Assembly: GCF_009914755.1 (NCBI RefSeq)
Contig: NC_060941.1
Source of the DNA: the human T2T-CHM13v2.0 reference genome, Homo sapiens
DNA length: 64,000 nucleotides
Reading direction: 5' to 3' (one strand)
The notes beneath the pieces were generated by a model. That model was not told the origin of the DNA. It saw only the letters and a list, made by a program, of their open reading frames with translations, and made no database searches. Shown in pieces: positions 1 through 20,931 of this stretch. Both the position numbers and the translations under genes were made by a program. Every line of letters starts with the position of its first letter. Position 1 is the first letter of the stretch.

Positions 1-1154
1 TAGTACTACATGGTGTATATGTGACACATTTTCTTAATCCAGTCTATCATTGTTGGATATTTGGGTTAGTTCCAAGTCTTTGCTATTGTGAATAGTGCCA
101 CAATAAGCATACATGTGCATGTGTCTTTATAGCAGCATTATGTATAATCCTTTGGGTATATTACCAGTAATGGGATGGCTGGGTCAAATGGTATTTCTAG
201 TTCTAGATCCCTGAGGAATCGCCACACTGACTTCCACAATGGTTGAACTAGTTTACAGTCCCACCAACAGTGTAAAAGTGTTCCTATTTTTCCACATCCT
301 CTCCAGCACCTGTCGTTTCCTGACTTTTTAATGATCGCCATTCTAACTGGTGTGAGATGATATCTCATTGTGGTTTTGATTTGCATTTCTCTGATGGCCA
401 GTGATGATGAGCATTTTTTCATGTATCTTTTGGCTGCATAAATGTCTTCTTTTGAGAAGTGTCTGTTCATATCCTTCACCCACTTGTTGATGGGGTTGTT
501 TGTTTTTGTCTTGTAAATTTGTTTGAGTTCATTATAGATTCTGGATATTAGCCCTTTGTCAGATGGGTAGATTGCAAAAATTTTCTCCCATTCTGTAGGT
601 TGCCTGTTCACTCTGATGGTAGTTTCTTTTGCTGTGCAGAAGCTCTTTAGTTTAATTAGATCCCATTTGTCAATTTTGGCTTTTGTTGCCATTGCTTTTG
701 GTGTTTTAGACAAAAGTCCTTGCCCATGCCTATGTCCTGAATGGTATTGCCTAGGTTTTCTTCTAGGGTTTTTATGGTTTTAGGTCTAACATTTAAGTCT
801 TTAATCCATCTTGAATTAATTTTTGTATAAGGTGTAAGGAAGGGATCCAGTTTCAGCTTTCTACATATGGCTAGCCAGTTTTCCCAGCACCATTGATTAA
901 ATAGGGAATACTTTCCCCATTTCTTGTTTTTGTCAGGTTCGTCAAAGATCAGATAGTTGTAGATATGTGGCATTATTTCTGAGGGCTCTGTTCTGTTCCA
1001 TTGGTCTATATCTCTGTTTTGGTACAAGTACCATGCTGTTTTGGTTACTGTAGCCTTGTAGTATAGTTTGAAGTCAGGTAGTGTGATGCCTCCAGCTTTG
1101 TTCTTTTGGCTTAGGATTTACTTGGCAATGCGGGCTCTTTTTTGGTTCCATATG

Positions 1155-2771
<1,617 letters not shown>

Positions 2772-2774
2772 TTA

Positions 2775-3029
<255 letters not shown>

Positions 3030-3467
3030 TTATATGCTGGATTATGTTTATTGATATGCATATGTTCAACCAGCCTTGCATCCCAGGGATGAAGACCACT
3101 TGATCATGATGGATAAGCTTTTTGATGTGCTGCTGGATTCGGTTTGCCAGTATTTTATTGAGGATTTTCACATCGATGTTCATCAGGGATATTGGTCTAA
3201 AACTCTCTTTTTTTGCTGTGTCTCTGCCAGGCTTTGGTATCAGGATGATGCTGGCCTCATAAAATGAGTTAGGGAGGATTCCCTCTTTTTCTATTGATTG
3301 GAATAGTTTCAGAAGGAATGGTACCAGCTCTGCCTTGTACCTCTGGTAGAATTCGGCTGTGAATCCACCTAGTCCTGGACTTTTTTTGGTTGGTAAGCTA
3401 TTAATTATTGCCTTAGTTTCAGAGCCTGTTATTGGTCTATTCAGAGATTCTACTTCTTCCTGGTTTA

Positions 3468-4628
<1,161 letters not shown>

Positions 4629-6440
4629 CTATGTGTGTCTCTGCACATGAGATGGGTCTCCTGAATACAGCACACTGATGGGTCTTGACTCTTTGTCCAA
4701 TTTGCCAGTCTGTGTCTTTTAATTGGAGCATTTAGCCCATTTACATTTAAGGTTAATATTGTTATGTGTGAATTTGATCCTGTCATTATGATGTTAGCTG
4801 GTGATTTTGCTCGTTAGTTGATGCAGTTTCTTCCTAGCCTTGATGGTCTTTACAATTTGGCATGTTTTTGCAGTGGCTGGTGCCGGTTGTTCCTTTCCAT
4901 GTTTAGTGCTTCCTTCAGGAGCTCTTGTAGGGCAGGCCTGGTGGTGACAAAATCTCTCAGCATTTGCTTCTCTGTAAAGTATTTTATTTCTCCTTCACTT
5001 ATGAAGCTTAGTTTGCCTGGATATGAAATTCTGGGTTGAAAATTCTTTTCTTTAAGAATGTTGAATATTGGCCCCCACTCTCTTCTGGCTTGTAGAATTT
5101 CTGCTGAGAGATCAGCTGTTAGTCTGTTGGGCTTCCCCTTGTGGGTAATCCGACCTTTCTCTCTGGCTGCCCTTAACATTTTTTCCTTCATTTCAACTTT
5201 GGTGAATCTGACAATTATGTGTCTTGGAGTTGCTCTTCTCGAGGAGTATCTTTGTGGCATTCTCTGTATTTCCTGAATCTGAATATTGGCCTGCCTTGCT
5301 AGATTGGGGAAGTTCTCCTGGATAATATCCTGCAGAGTGTTTTCCAACTTGGTTCCATTCTCCCCATCACTTTCAGGTACACCAATCAGACATAGATTTG
5401 GTCTTTTCACATAGTCCCATATTTCTTGGAGGCTTTGTTAGTTTCTTTTTATTATTTTTTCTCTAAAATTCTCTTCTCACTTCATTTCATTCATTTGATA
5501 TTCCATCACTGATACTCTTTCTTCCAGTTGATCGAGTTGGCTACTGAGGCTTGTGCATTCATCTCGTAGTTCTCTTGCGGTGGTTTTCAGCTCCATCGGG
5601 TCCTTTAAGGACTTCTCTGCATTGGTTATTCTAGTTAGCCATTTGTCTAATCTTTTTCCAAGGTTTTTAACTTCTTTGCCATGGGTTTGAACTTCCTCCT
5701 TTAGCTCGGAGTAGTTTGATCGTTGGAAGCCTTCTTCTCTCAACTCATCAAAGTCATTCTCCATCCAGCTTTGTTCCATTGCTGGTGAGGAACTGCATTC
5801 CTTTGGAGGAGGAGAGGCGCTCTGATTTTTAGAATTTTCAGTTTTTCTGCTCTGTTTTTTCCCCATCTTTGTGGTTTTATCTACCTTTGGTCTTTGATGA
5901 TGGTGACATATAGATGGGGTTTTGGTGTGGATGTCCTTTCTGTTTGTTAGTTTTCCTTCTAACAGTCAGGACCATCAGCTGCTAGTCTGTTGGAGTTTGC
6001 TGGAGGTCCACTCCAGATGCTGTTTGCCTGGGTATCAGCAGTGGAGGCTGCAGAACAGCAGATATTGGTGAATAGCAAATGTTGCTGCCTGATCGTTCCT
6101 CTGGAAGCTTTGTCTCAGAGGAGTACCCGGCCGTGTGAGATGTCAGTCTGCCCCTACTGGGGGGTGCCTCCCACTTGGGCTACTCAGGGGTCAGGGACCC
6201 AGTTGAGGAGGCAGTCTGTCCGTTCTCAGATCTCCAGCTGCATGCTGGGAGAACCACTACTCTCTTCAAAGCTGTCAGACAGGGACATTTAAGTCTGCAG
6301 AGATTTCTGCTGCCTTTTGTTTGGCTATGCCCTGCCCTGGAGGTGGAGTCTACAGAGTCAGGCAGGCCTCCTTGAGCTGGGGTGGGCTCCACCCAGTTCG
6401 AGCTTCCCAGCCGCTTTGCTTACCTACTCAAGCCTTGGCA

Positions 6441-6677
6441 ATGGCAGGCACCCTTCCCCCAGCCTCACTGCCACCTTGCAGTTTGATCTCAGACTGCTGT
6501 GCTAGCAATGAGGGAGGCTCCGTGGGCATAGGACCCTCCAAGTCATGCACAGGATACAATCTCCTGGTGTGCCGTTTGCTAAGACCGTTGGAAAAGCACA
6601 GTATTCGGGTGGGAGTGACCCGATTTTCCAGGTGCTGTCTGTCACCCTTTCCTTGGCTAGGAAAGGGAATTCTCTGA
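6441..6677 (+). CDS. L1 ORF0 (antisense ORF in the L1 5'UTR), open, 78 aa; expression unknown
   Basis: MAGTLPPASLPPCSLISDCCASN...IRVGVTRFSR matches primate L1 ORF0; ATG in context GCAATGG; no internal stop. Confidence 0.6.
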   Translation: MAGTLPPASLPPCSLISDCCASNEGGSVGIGPSKSCTGYNLLVCRLLRPLEKHSIRVGVTRFSRCCLSPFPWLGKGIL

Positions 6678-7420
6678 CCCCTTGTGCTTTCCTGGTGAAG
6701 CAATGCCTCACCCTGCTTCGGCTCACGCTCGGTGCGCTGCACCCACTGTCCTGAATCCACTGTCCGACAATCCCCAGTGAGATGAACCCGGTACCGCAGT
6801 TGGAAATGCAGAAATCACCTGTCTTCTGCATCACTCACACTGGGGGCTGTAGACTGGAGCTGTTCCTATTCGGCCATCTTGGCTCCACCCTCGATGTTGG
6901 GATTTTCATAGGGATTGCATTGAATCTGCAGGTCACGTTGGGTAGCATGGATTTTAATACCTACCTGGCCAATTTATTCCTAAGTTTTTTTATTTTTTTG
7001 TAGGTATTGTGAATGTGATTGTTCCCTTTATTTCTTTTTTTGTATAGTTTGTTGTTATCTCTTTTTTTCTTTTTTTTCACAAGCCTAGGTTCCAGAAAGT
7101 CTGTTGTTAGTGTATAGAAATGCTACTGATTTTTATTTCTTTTTTTCTTGTAAATTTTTAACACATTGACACTAATCAAAAGCAAGCTGCTGATTTTTTT
7201 GTGTGTTGATTTTGTATCTTGCAACTTTACTGTATTCACATATTAGTCCTAACAACTATTTTGCTAAAGTCTATAGGATTTTCCATATATAAGATCATGC
7301 CATCAACAAACATTGGCAATTTCATTTCTTTTCCTATTTGGATGCCTTTTATTTCTTTTTCTTGCCTAATTGCTCTAGAAAGAACTTCAATCCCATGTTG
7401 AACAGAAGTGGGAGAGTAGG

Positions 7421-8167
7421 TGCTATGGTTTGATATGATTTGTTTGACTACCAAGTCTCATTTTATAATTTGATTCCCATTGTTAAAGGTGGGGCCTGGT
7501 GGGAGGTGTTTGGATAATGGGACAGATCCCTTATGAATAGGTTAGTGTTATCTTTGCAATAATGAGTCAGTTCTCACTCTTAGTTTTTACAAGAGCTGAT
7601 TTTTTAAAATTTTGTTTATAAATTCACTTTTCTTTTTTTTAAGACAGTGTCTCATTCTGTTGCCGAGGCTGGAGTGCAGTGGCATGAGCATAACTCACTG
7701 CAGTCTTGACCTCCTGGGCTCAAGCAATCCTCCCACCTCAGTCTCCCATGTAGTTTGGACCACAGGCACACACCACCGTGACTGGTTAATTTTTTGATTT
7801 TTTGTAGAGATGGAGTCTCACTTTTTTGCCCAGGCTGGTTGGTCTTAATTAAATTCTTGGGCTGAAGTGATCCTCCCATCTTGTGCTCCCAAAGTGCTGG
7901 GATTACAGGCATGAGCCACTGTGCTCATCCATGAGCTGATTGTTGAAAAGATCCTGGCCCCTCCTGCCCCTCTCTCTTGCTTCCACTCTCTCACCATGTA
8001 ATCTGCACATTCTGGCTCCCCTTCATCTTCCACCATGTGTGGAAGCTTCCTGAGGCCCTTACCAGAAGCTTGTACAGCCTGCAGAAACATAAGCCAAATA
8101 AACCTCATTGCTTTATAAATTACCTGGGCTCAGGTATTTTGTTGAGCAACACAAACAGACTAAAACA
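7421..8167 (+). mobile_element. MST-family (MaLR) LTR containing an AluJ (~7630-7929, -)
   Basis: TGCTATGGTTTG...GACTAAAACA termini; 5-bp TSD-like GTAGG/GTAGA. Confidence 0.8.
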
Positions 8168-9079
8168 GTAGAAATCCTTGTCTTGTTGCAGATCTTACAC
8201 GAAGGGCCTTGAGTGTAATGTTAGCTGTGGGCTTCTCATAAATGACTTTTATTGTGCTGAGTTACATTTCTTTTTAAAAAATTTGCACTCAGGGTTATCC
8301 TCAAAGAGATATATGCTTTCTACATCTAATTTGGTGAACTTTTTTTTTGTCATCTTTCTCTCTCTCTCTTGCTCTCTCTTGCTCTGACTCTCTGCCTAGG
8401 GAATGGAAGATAAGAGAGAGTTTTTATCATAAAAGGATATTAAATTTTATTGAATGATTTTTGGCATCTAATAAATGATTATATGGTTTTTGTCTTTCAT
8501 TCTGTTACTGTGGCATGTCACATTTATTGATCCTTGCATTCCAGTGATAAAAACATTTCTCAAAAGAAGACATGCAAATAGCCAACAGATAATGAAAAAA
8601 TGCTCAGCATCACTAATCATTAGAGAAATGCAAATTAAAACCACAATGAGATATAATCTTTCACCTGTCAGAATGCTTATTATTATGTTTTTAATCATCC
8701 TGTACTTTATTTCAAAACAGAGTGTTTTCAAATGAAAAAACAAAAGATAAGTGTTGGTGAGGATGTAGAGCAAAGGAAACATTTGTACACTGTTGGTGGA
8801 AATGTAAATCGGTGCAGCCATTATGGAAAACAGTATGGAGATCCCTCCGCCCAAAAAATAAAAAAAAACCAAACTAAAAATAGAATTATCATATGATTTA
8901 GAAGTCCCTCTTCAGGGTATTAATGCAAAAGACTCAAAATCAGTTTGTTGAAGGGATATCTGCACTCCTATGTTCATTGCAATACTATGCACAACATCCA
9001 AGTAATGGAATCAACCTCTGCCCATCAACAGACAAATGGATTTTAAAAAAATGTAGTGCATATATACAATGGAATACTA

Positions 9080-9469
<390 letters not shown>

Positions 9470-9929
9470 TCAGGCCCAGAAAGACAAATACCACATGTTC
9501 TCCGTTATATGTGGAATTTAAAACAATGAACTTATAGAAGTGGAGAGTAGAATGGTGGTGACAGAAGCTGGAAGATGGGGAAATGGGGAGGTGATGGTCA
9601 AAGGGTATTTCAGACAGGCAGAACATGATTTTTCTTTTTGTGCATTCTATTGCACAGCATGGTGAATATAGTTAATAGTAGAGTGTTGTACGTTTCAAAA
9701 TTGCTAAGTAAATTTCAAATGTTCTTGCCACAAAAAAAGTTAAGTATTTGAGGTGATGGAAATGTTAACTAGTTTGATTTAATTATTTCACATTGCATTC
9801 ATAAATCGTAACATCATTTTGTACCCCATAAATTTTTTCCCCACGCAACTCCCTCTTCACAGAACCCATCAATCTATACAATTATAAATTGTCAATTTAC
9901 AATAAAAAAAGAAGAAAAAAAGAAAAGCA

Positions 9930-12965
<3,036 letters not shown>

Positions 12966-13493
12966 TGTTAAAGCTTAGTTTCAAAAGTGAATAATACCTT
13001 TCTCTTAGAGTTGTTGTGAGGAATACGTAAAATAGCGGATCTGAAGCAACCGGTTCTTAGTTTAACAATAGCATTGATTCTATAGTATATTGTTATTAGT
13101 CTAAGACTAGTATTTATTCTATAGTGTATTCTTAGTATAATGGTATAAGAATAACATTTATTCTATAGTATATCCATACTAGTATAAGAATAGTATTTAT
13201 CCTACAGTATATTCTGATTAGTGTAAGAATAGCATTTATTCTATGGTATACTCTTATTAGAATAAGAATAGCATTTATGCTATAGTATAATCTTATTAGT
13301 ATAAGAATAGCATTTATTCTTACACTAAGAAAAAGTTGCTTCAGATCTGCTATTTTATGTATTCCTCACAACAACTCTAAGAGAAAGGTATCACTCACTT
13401 TTTTAAATTAAGCTTTTACAAAGTGAAACGTAGCATTACACGGAAAAGTGCACACATTTCAACCTTGATGAAAATAAACACACCCAGACCAAA

Positions 13494-13797
13494 TTTTTTT
13501 TTTTTTTGATAGGGTCTCATTCTGTCACCTAGGCTGGAGTGCAGTGATGGTGATCACAGCTCACTGTAGCCTCCATCTCCTGGGCTCAAGCAATCCTCCC
13601 ACTTCAGCCTCCTGAGTAGCTGGGACCACAGGTGCATGCCACAATGCCAGGCTAATTTTTTTATTTTTGGTGAAGAAGGGTTTCATCATGTTGCCCAGGC
13701 TGCTCTTGAACTCCTGGGCTCAAGTGATCTTTCCACCTTGGCCTCCCAAAGTGTGATTACACTTTGGGATTACAGGCGTGAGCCACCGCGCTCGGCC
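13494..13797 (-). mobile_element. AluJ
   Basis: Poly-T then reverse-complement Alu dimer with J-type features (ctcctgggctcaag). Confidence 0.9.
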
Positions 13798-14182
13798 ACA
13801 CCTTTCTTTTCTATGCACTGTTGCCAATATACCATTCTGGCCCTGATCTTTGAGTTTCTGAGGTCTGTGGGCTGTTCACCTACTAGTATGGAAGTCCAAA
13901 ACCCAATACACCTCAATAACAAGACAGTAGATTTCACTGCGGTTCATAACCATGAAAGATTTCAGAGGAAACAGCCACACAATGAGCCACGTTTCTGGGT
14001 TCTGCGCAAGTAGGTGAGTATTGTGTCTTGGGTGCAAACAGGTTCCGGAGATTATTCGCTAGGGGTTGCATTCCCCATGGTTGCCTGTGTATGAGCAAGT
14101 GTGTTGGAAATCTTTGTAGGGCAACAACATGGGATGGGGTTGGCTAGCCCATAAAGCTCAGTGTATCCCATCTCAAAAATCA

Positions 14183-14335
<153 letters not shown>

Positions 14336-14894
14336 TCAATCAATCAACAATCAATAATCAATTAGACTCCTCTTGGGTACCAGTTCCCAGAGATTGAGGT
14401 CTGTGTGAAAAGAGATTTCCTTTCCATCCATTGCTTGGGGATGCGGGAACTAGAAAGGAACCCTCTAGGGCAGGGTCTGGGGCAGGGGGCCTGGAAGGTG
14501 GGCTGAGGATATTGGAAGCAGAGGGGTCTGGGAAGGGAAAGTATTGGGACTGTTCGGGATTGGTTTTATTGTTCATATGGAGTTCCTTGGTAGCTGAAGT
14601 GCCTGGGATACAAATGCCAAGATACCTACCCGCCCACCCAAAGAGTGGTAGTCTGCCTTCTTCCATTTGTACCTCTTGGAAATCCACCACCAAGCTTGGA
14701 GAATTCACCCTAACAAATTGTAAGTATTACCAGGTTTTCATGTAAGGATCTTGTGGTAGTGTGGATAGCTGTGATTGGCATGTGAGTCATAGCCAGTCAC
14801 AGCTACCAATTACACTGAGGTTGGAACACCATTTTTACTTTCTGTACAACACGAGAAGCCTTGAAAATAAAATCTTAACCTTAAAAAAATAGTA

Positions 14895-15232
<338 letters not shown>

Positions 15233-18200
15233 CTACTTGGTGGGGCTGGGGCTACTAGCAGGTGGCAGTTAGTTGGTGAGTGTTGGGTGGGCCAAGGGTC
15301 TGATTTCTCATAATATCTAGGGATGGGGTGAAAATTCCTGCTGCCAGGCCAGAGGGGATGGTCAGCTCCAAGACAAGGAAGCAGTGTCCAGGTAAGAAAT
15401 CTTCATTTCAATGGATCACAAACTCCTAAACTCTTAACAATTGAACAGAAGCATAGGTTTTATAATCTCTGTGCATGTGGGAAAACAGGAAAGAGCTCTT
15501 CCTCTCTCTTCTGGCTCGACAAAATAAATTCTTACGCGTATATCCCTTCCAGGAAAAAGCATTCATTTCAATGTCATCAGAACAGCACAACTTAGAGTTA
15601 AACAAGCCTTCAGGATGACAGACTTGGTAGCAGTTAGTGATTACTTTCATAGGACACAATAATATTCTCTGAAGTCTAGATGTTTTATACAGTTTTCCTT
15701 TGCTAGACATAACATTTGGAAAGACAATTTCAAGAAGCGAAATCATACCTACTTTTCTGCAGCTATAAAGGGTCGGAGAGACATTATCTACTTATCTTGC
15801 TGAGTTGGTTGTTTTCCCCACCAGATATGTAATTTTCAGAGCTAAGCACTGAAGTTTCACTAGTTATTTTGGAGAGAGCAAGTGCCAGACCCCAGAGTTC
15901 AAAACTTAGAAGATGCAAAGAAAAGGTCAGGATAGGATTATTATTATGTGGACTATAGATCTTGTGTTTCAGATCCACAGGAGTGGCATGAATATGGGTC
16001 TATGAAATGCTGATTCTATCAGATAATCTGCGGGGGGTTTTTCCTCCAATTATATGGGGGAAAAAAGCTGTGTAAGAAGAGATACATTGTCCACTACTTT
16101 CCAGATAGTTCTCAGATTTTTATAAGTTTTAAAAATCAAGTGGTACATGCACATAATATTGGAAGTGAAATAGTTTGACAGGGCTTAGTATAACACCAGC
16201 AGTCTCCTGCTCCTGCCCCCATCTTGTTCCTAGGGGCCATCACTTTGATGTTTCTTTTGGTACTTAGCTCTAAATGGTGCCATTTTGAGGTTTAACTAGA
16301 TATTATCTATTTCCGGAAGATTTAGCTCAATTATACTCCCTCCCTATTTTGCTCTCCCCACATCCTGCCAAGATGATTTTATCACTGTTTTCGGTTAGAA
16401 CAATATTCGATGTTCACCTTGTTATGAGCCTCTCTAGTCACAGTTGTGCTAGGTGATGTACTATGGGTGCATTTCATTTCTCATACAACTTTCTGCTTTC
16501 CTCAGGATTCATATCATCTTACTTTTTCTTTGTTTCATAACTTTTTTTTTTTGGTTAATCAAGTACATGAAGTCTACCATCAACTTTGTATCCTCAGGAG
16601 AAGGTCCCCCGAGCCTTCTGCCCTTGGATCCTGACTGGGGGCTCTCTGGGCCCACCCTCAGCTGTCATCCTGGACTCCCTGTCACATGTATCCAGAGGGC
16701 TCTTTTCCCAGGGTGGATCCTTGTTTCCTTGATGGAGCTGCTTGCAGGATATAGCATGGGAACAGGGTCAGGGCAGGGCTTGGGGGTGCCAAAGCCTCCC
16801 TGATTCACAGAAAAGTTGCATAGGGTACAGGGTTTTATAACTGTTTTGATGATTGGTACGGATTTCCTCTTTTCACAGACTAGATATTAGTCAGGGCTGC
16901 TTGTCACTCACAGATGTTTTTCTGATTTCAAAGATGATGTGTCCTTTGCCAATCCTGCGATTAACACAAGGGTAAGGAAACTCCAAGCCCCCTCTGCCCT
17001 TCAGTCTGGTTGTTCCAAACAAGTAGTCATTGAATTTTCTGCCCAGGGTCTACAAACCACCCAATACAGACAACCCCGTGTTCTGCTGACTGTGCCCAAC
17101 ATCTGTAGTGGCAGGTTTTCCCTCCTGGTGTCCTCGACCTCCACTGCATGAGGCAGCCTTAGCTCTTCTTCCCACATAATGAGGGCTGAGGTTTAGGTGT
17201 CTCATTTCTTATTTTTCATTTGGGGTATTGCAAAAAAGGGAACAGAGATGTCTTTGGTGTGACATCTTAAAAGTCTCCTATTACTACTATAATAAATGTA
17301 AAAATAAATGTAAAAAAAGATTCAGTAAAAATAAGTATAAAAAAAGTCCACTATTATTTAATTACCACTCTGCCAAAAAAAATTCTAGGGGAAAAAAAGT
17401 CCAGATGAAACATGTCACAATGCTAACAGTCTTTGGACAATAAATAAATCTATGTCCTTCCCTGCCCCTATTTCTAAAGATTTTTTTCCAGATTTCCCAA
17501 AATGTCAAGATTGACAGTGTATGTTAACCAATGGGAGAAAATAAAACAAACTTGAAAATTGTAAGGAGCTCTGAGTTTTTAAAACCTTTTCATTTTGAAG
17601 CAATTTAGACTTGTAGAAAAGTTATAAAAATAGTACAGTTCCAAACGCCTAGGCTTAAGCCATCCTCCTGCCTCAGCCTCCGAGGTAGCCGGGAATACAG
17701 GTATGTACCACTGTGTCCGGCGTCTCTGGACTTCTTTGATACCACTTTTATGTCTCACAGGTGCTTGATTTTCTTTTACTCTTACCATTCTAGCCATTCA
17801 CTCAGTCTTCTTTGCAGGCTACTTTGCAATGTACATTTAATTTACCTCTTCCTTGATGGGGGCATTCCTCAGCCTTTGTTCTGAATGGGATGTTTTCAGA
17901 GTCTTCTACAGTATCTCTGGGTGATCTCTTCCATCCTGTTGCTCCAAGCTGATCGTGCCTGGATTTGTATCTCCATCGTAGGCCTGTTTCTTGAACTCTA
18001 GACTTATATTATTTAAGTCTCCATGTTCCTCGTCTACCAAATCCAGTTGATCACAGTGTACTGTTCATTTTATTTCCTAAATCTCTCCCAAATTTACCCA
18101 AGCCTCTCCTTCCCCACTGCCACTGCTCTAGTCCAGACCATCTCTCAACTGCTTGGCTGCAACGATCCTCTAATGGTCTCTCTGCCTTTAGTCTTCCCTC

Positions 18201-19057
18201 CCCACATCCTTCCTCTATTCTGAGTTAATAATACACCATCTAAAAGTGTAGACTGGACCATGTCTCTTTCTTACCTAAAAACTTTCATAAAGGCATAAAC
18301 ATGACCTTGGGAACCTGTTGGTCCGAAAAATAACTCAATTTAAACCAAGGAAAGAGAACTTCATCTTGAAGCAGTGTGTTTTCTGGATATTGTTAGATCT
18401 TTGAGGACAGAATCATGCTTGGCATACAGTGGCTAGTCAATAAATTGCTGTTGAATGAATTAATGAGTGAATGAGAAAATGGTTGTTTAATATCTCCTAA
18501 GATTATTGCCATTAAGTTAATAATTATTTGCCAAACAATTATGATATACAGGGCTCTATGGTGGGTTCTTCAGGGAATACAAAGTTGCTCTTTTCATGAA
18601 CCTTACAGTTCACTGAGCACCTGTTATGTGCCAGATAATGTGGTAATGATGGGGATACAGTGTTATACAATATATACAGGATCCCTGACCTCATGAAGTT
18701 TTTTATTTAGTAGTGGAGACACCCACAAAAATTACATAATTACTTAATTAGAGTTTTTATAACTGCTATTAATAAAAAGCACAGAAATCTATAAGAACAC
18801 TTTATAGTGGGACCCTAATCTAGCATGAGGGTTGGGGATAGTGGAGATGGAGAAGGGCAGGGTAGGGGTATAAGATATATATACATAAGTATAGCAAAAG
18901 AACATGCTAAGTTCCATAAGAGAACCACAGCAAAGCAATAATGAGATTTAGAGAAGGGAGAATCATGCTGAACAAATAATGTGTCCAAGACCCAAAGGAA
19001 CTATTCTTTAATGATGAATCTCTGGGTATGCAGTAAAGGTATGCAGCAAAGGCACAG

Positions 19058-19560
19058 TGAAAGTTGATTATACAAATTGGGTAATTTTTGTCATACTCAA
19101 CTAAAACAGAGTCTAGAGACCAGGGAATAAAAGCACTCAGGGCATAGAGCATTGCACCAAGGATATAATCCTCTGCTCGCTTGTCTTCTGTAATCTGAAA
19201 CCCGTTACTGAATAGCTACTGAAACAATCTGCTACAACTCTAAGAGTAGTTTTAGTTATCGCTGTCACTCACCAATCTCTGAGCTTGCTGGTTCCCCAAA
19301 GCTTTACTAGCGTCAATAAACTTACTTTCGAAACAATTTGTAAAATTTCTCCTTTTTATAAAACTTCTGAAGTTTTTGTTCTTCTGGCATACTGAAGACC
19401 ACCTGGTCTCTGTGTATGCCCCACATTACAGTTCTTGCTTCTCAAATAAAATGGTTTTTAAAAATATATGTATACATATATATTTAAACCCACCTCCTAC
19501 ATAGATGAAAATGTTTTAAATTCAGAGATTTGTCTCTATATTTTATTTGACTTCAGCAGC
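19058..19560 (+). mobile_element. Old ERV1-type solo LTR (MER34/MER39/MER65-like group, subfamily not assigned)
   Basis: ~500 bp with TATAAAA (~19357) and AATAAA (~19445) in LTR order; resembles recalled MER34-group consensus. Confidence 0.5.
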
Positions 19561-19639
19561 AGTAATTTAGCTGAGGAAGGGGATGCATGTTTGCCCAGTG
19601 TCCTCTAAATTCTTCAAGCATCACTTGGGAGTTTGTTAA

Positions 19640-20380
<741 letters not shown>

Positions 20381-20589
20381 TGATTCATATAGACCTTACA
20401 GATACCATAATAAATGGTGACATTATGACATTATGATGTCTTTTGCAACCCCACCAACAAACGTCAGGACACTCTGTAGTTGAGCACTGTACCACTGAGG
20501 TGGCTTCTTGATCTTTAACAGATGCAGCTCACGCAGGAAGTGCATTGGTTAGGTAAAGTCAATTTCCTCTCCTGGAGGTAGGTTCCTCA

Positions 20590-20931
20590 CTTTCATTATT
20601 TGTTTATTTGTTGATTTTTAAATTAACACATTTCATCTTTTAAAGCAGTTTTAAGTTTACAGCAAATTTGAACAGAACGTACAGAGGGTTTCCACATACC
20701 CACTGTCTCCACACAAGCACAACTTCCCCATTATTGATATCATGCACCAGAGCGATACATTAATTACTATAGATGGACCTATATTGACACCTCATAGTCA
20801 CCCAAAGTGCATAGTTTACATTCAGGCTCAGTCTTGGTGTTGTACAGTTTACAGATTTTGACAAATGTATAATGACATGTGTCCATCCTTGTAGCATCAT
20901 ACGGAATAATTTCACTGCTCTAAAACTCCTC
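20590..20931 (-). mobile_element. L1MC-like 3' end fragment
   Basis: Motifs agcagttttaagtttacagcaaa...cacccaaagtgcatagtttacatt typical of the L1MC1/2 3'UTR. Confidence 0.7.

Noticed and set aside
13055-13330. Regular repeat array as a CRISPR-like locus
   Set aside because: Units are contiguous tandem copies with no unique spacers, the context is mammalian, and there are no cas genes.
15547-15555. Single GAS-like TTCCAGGAA
   Set aside because: One short motif ~29 kb from the TSS is expected by chance; no supporting cluster.
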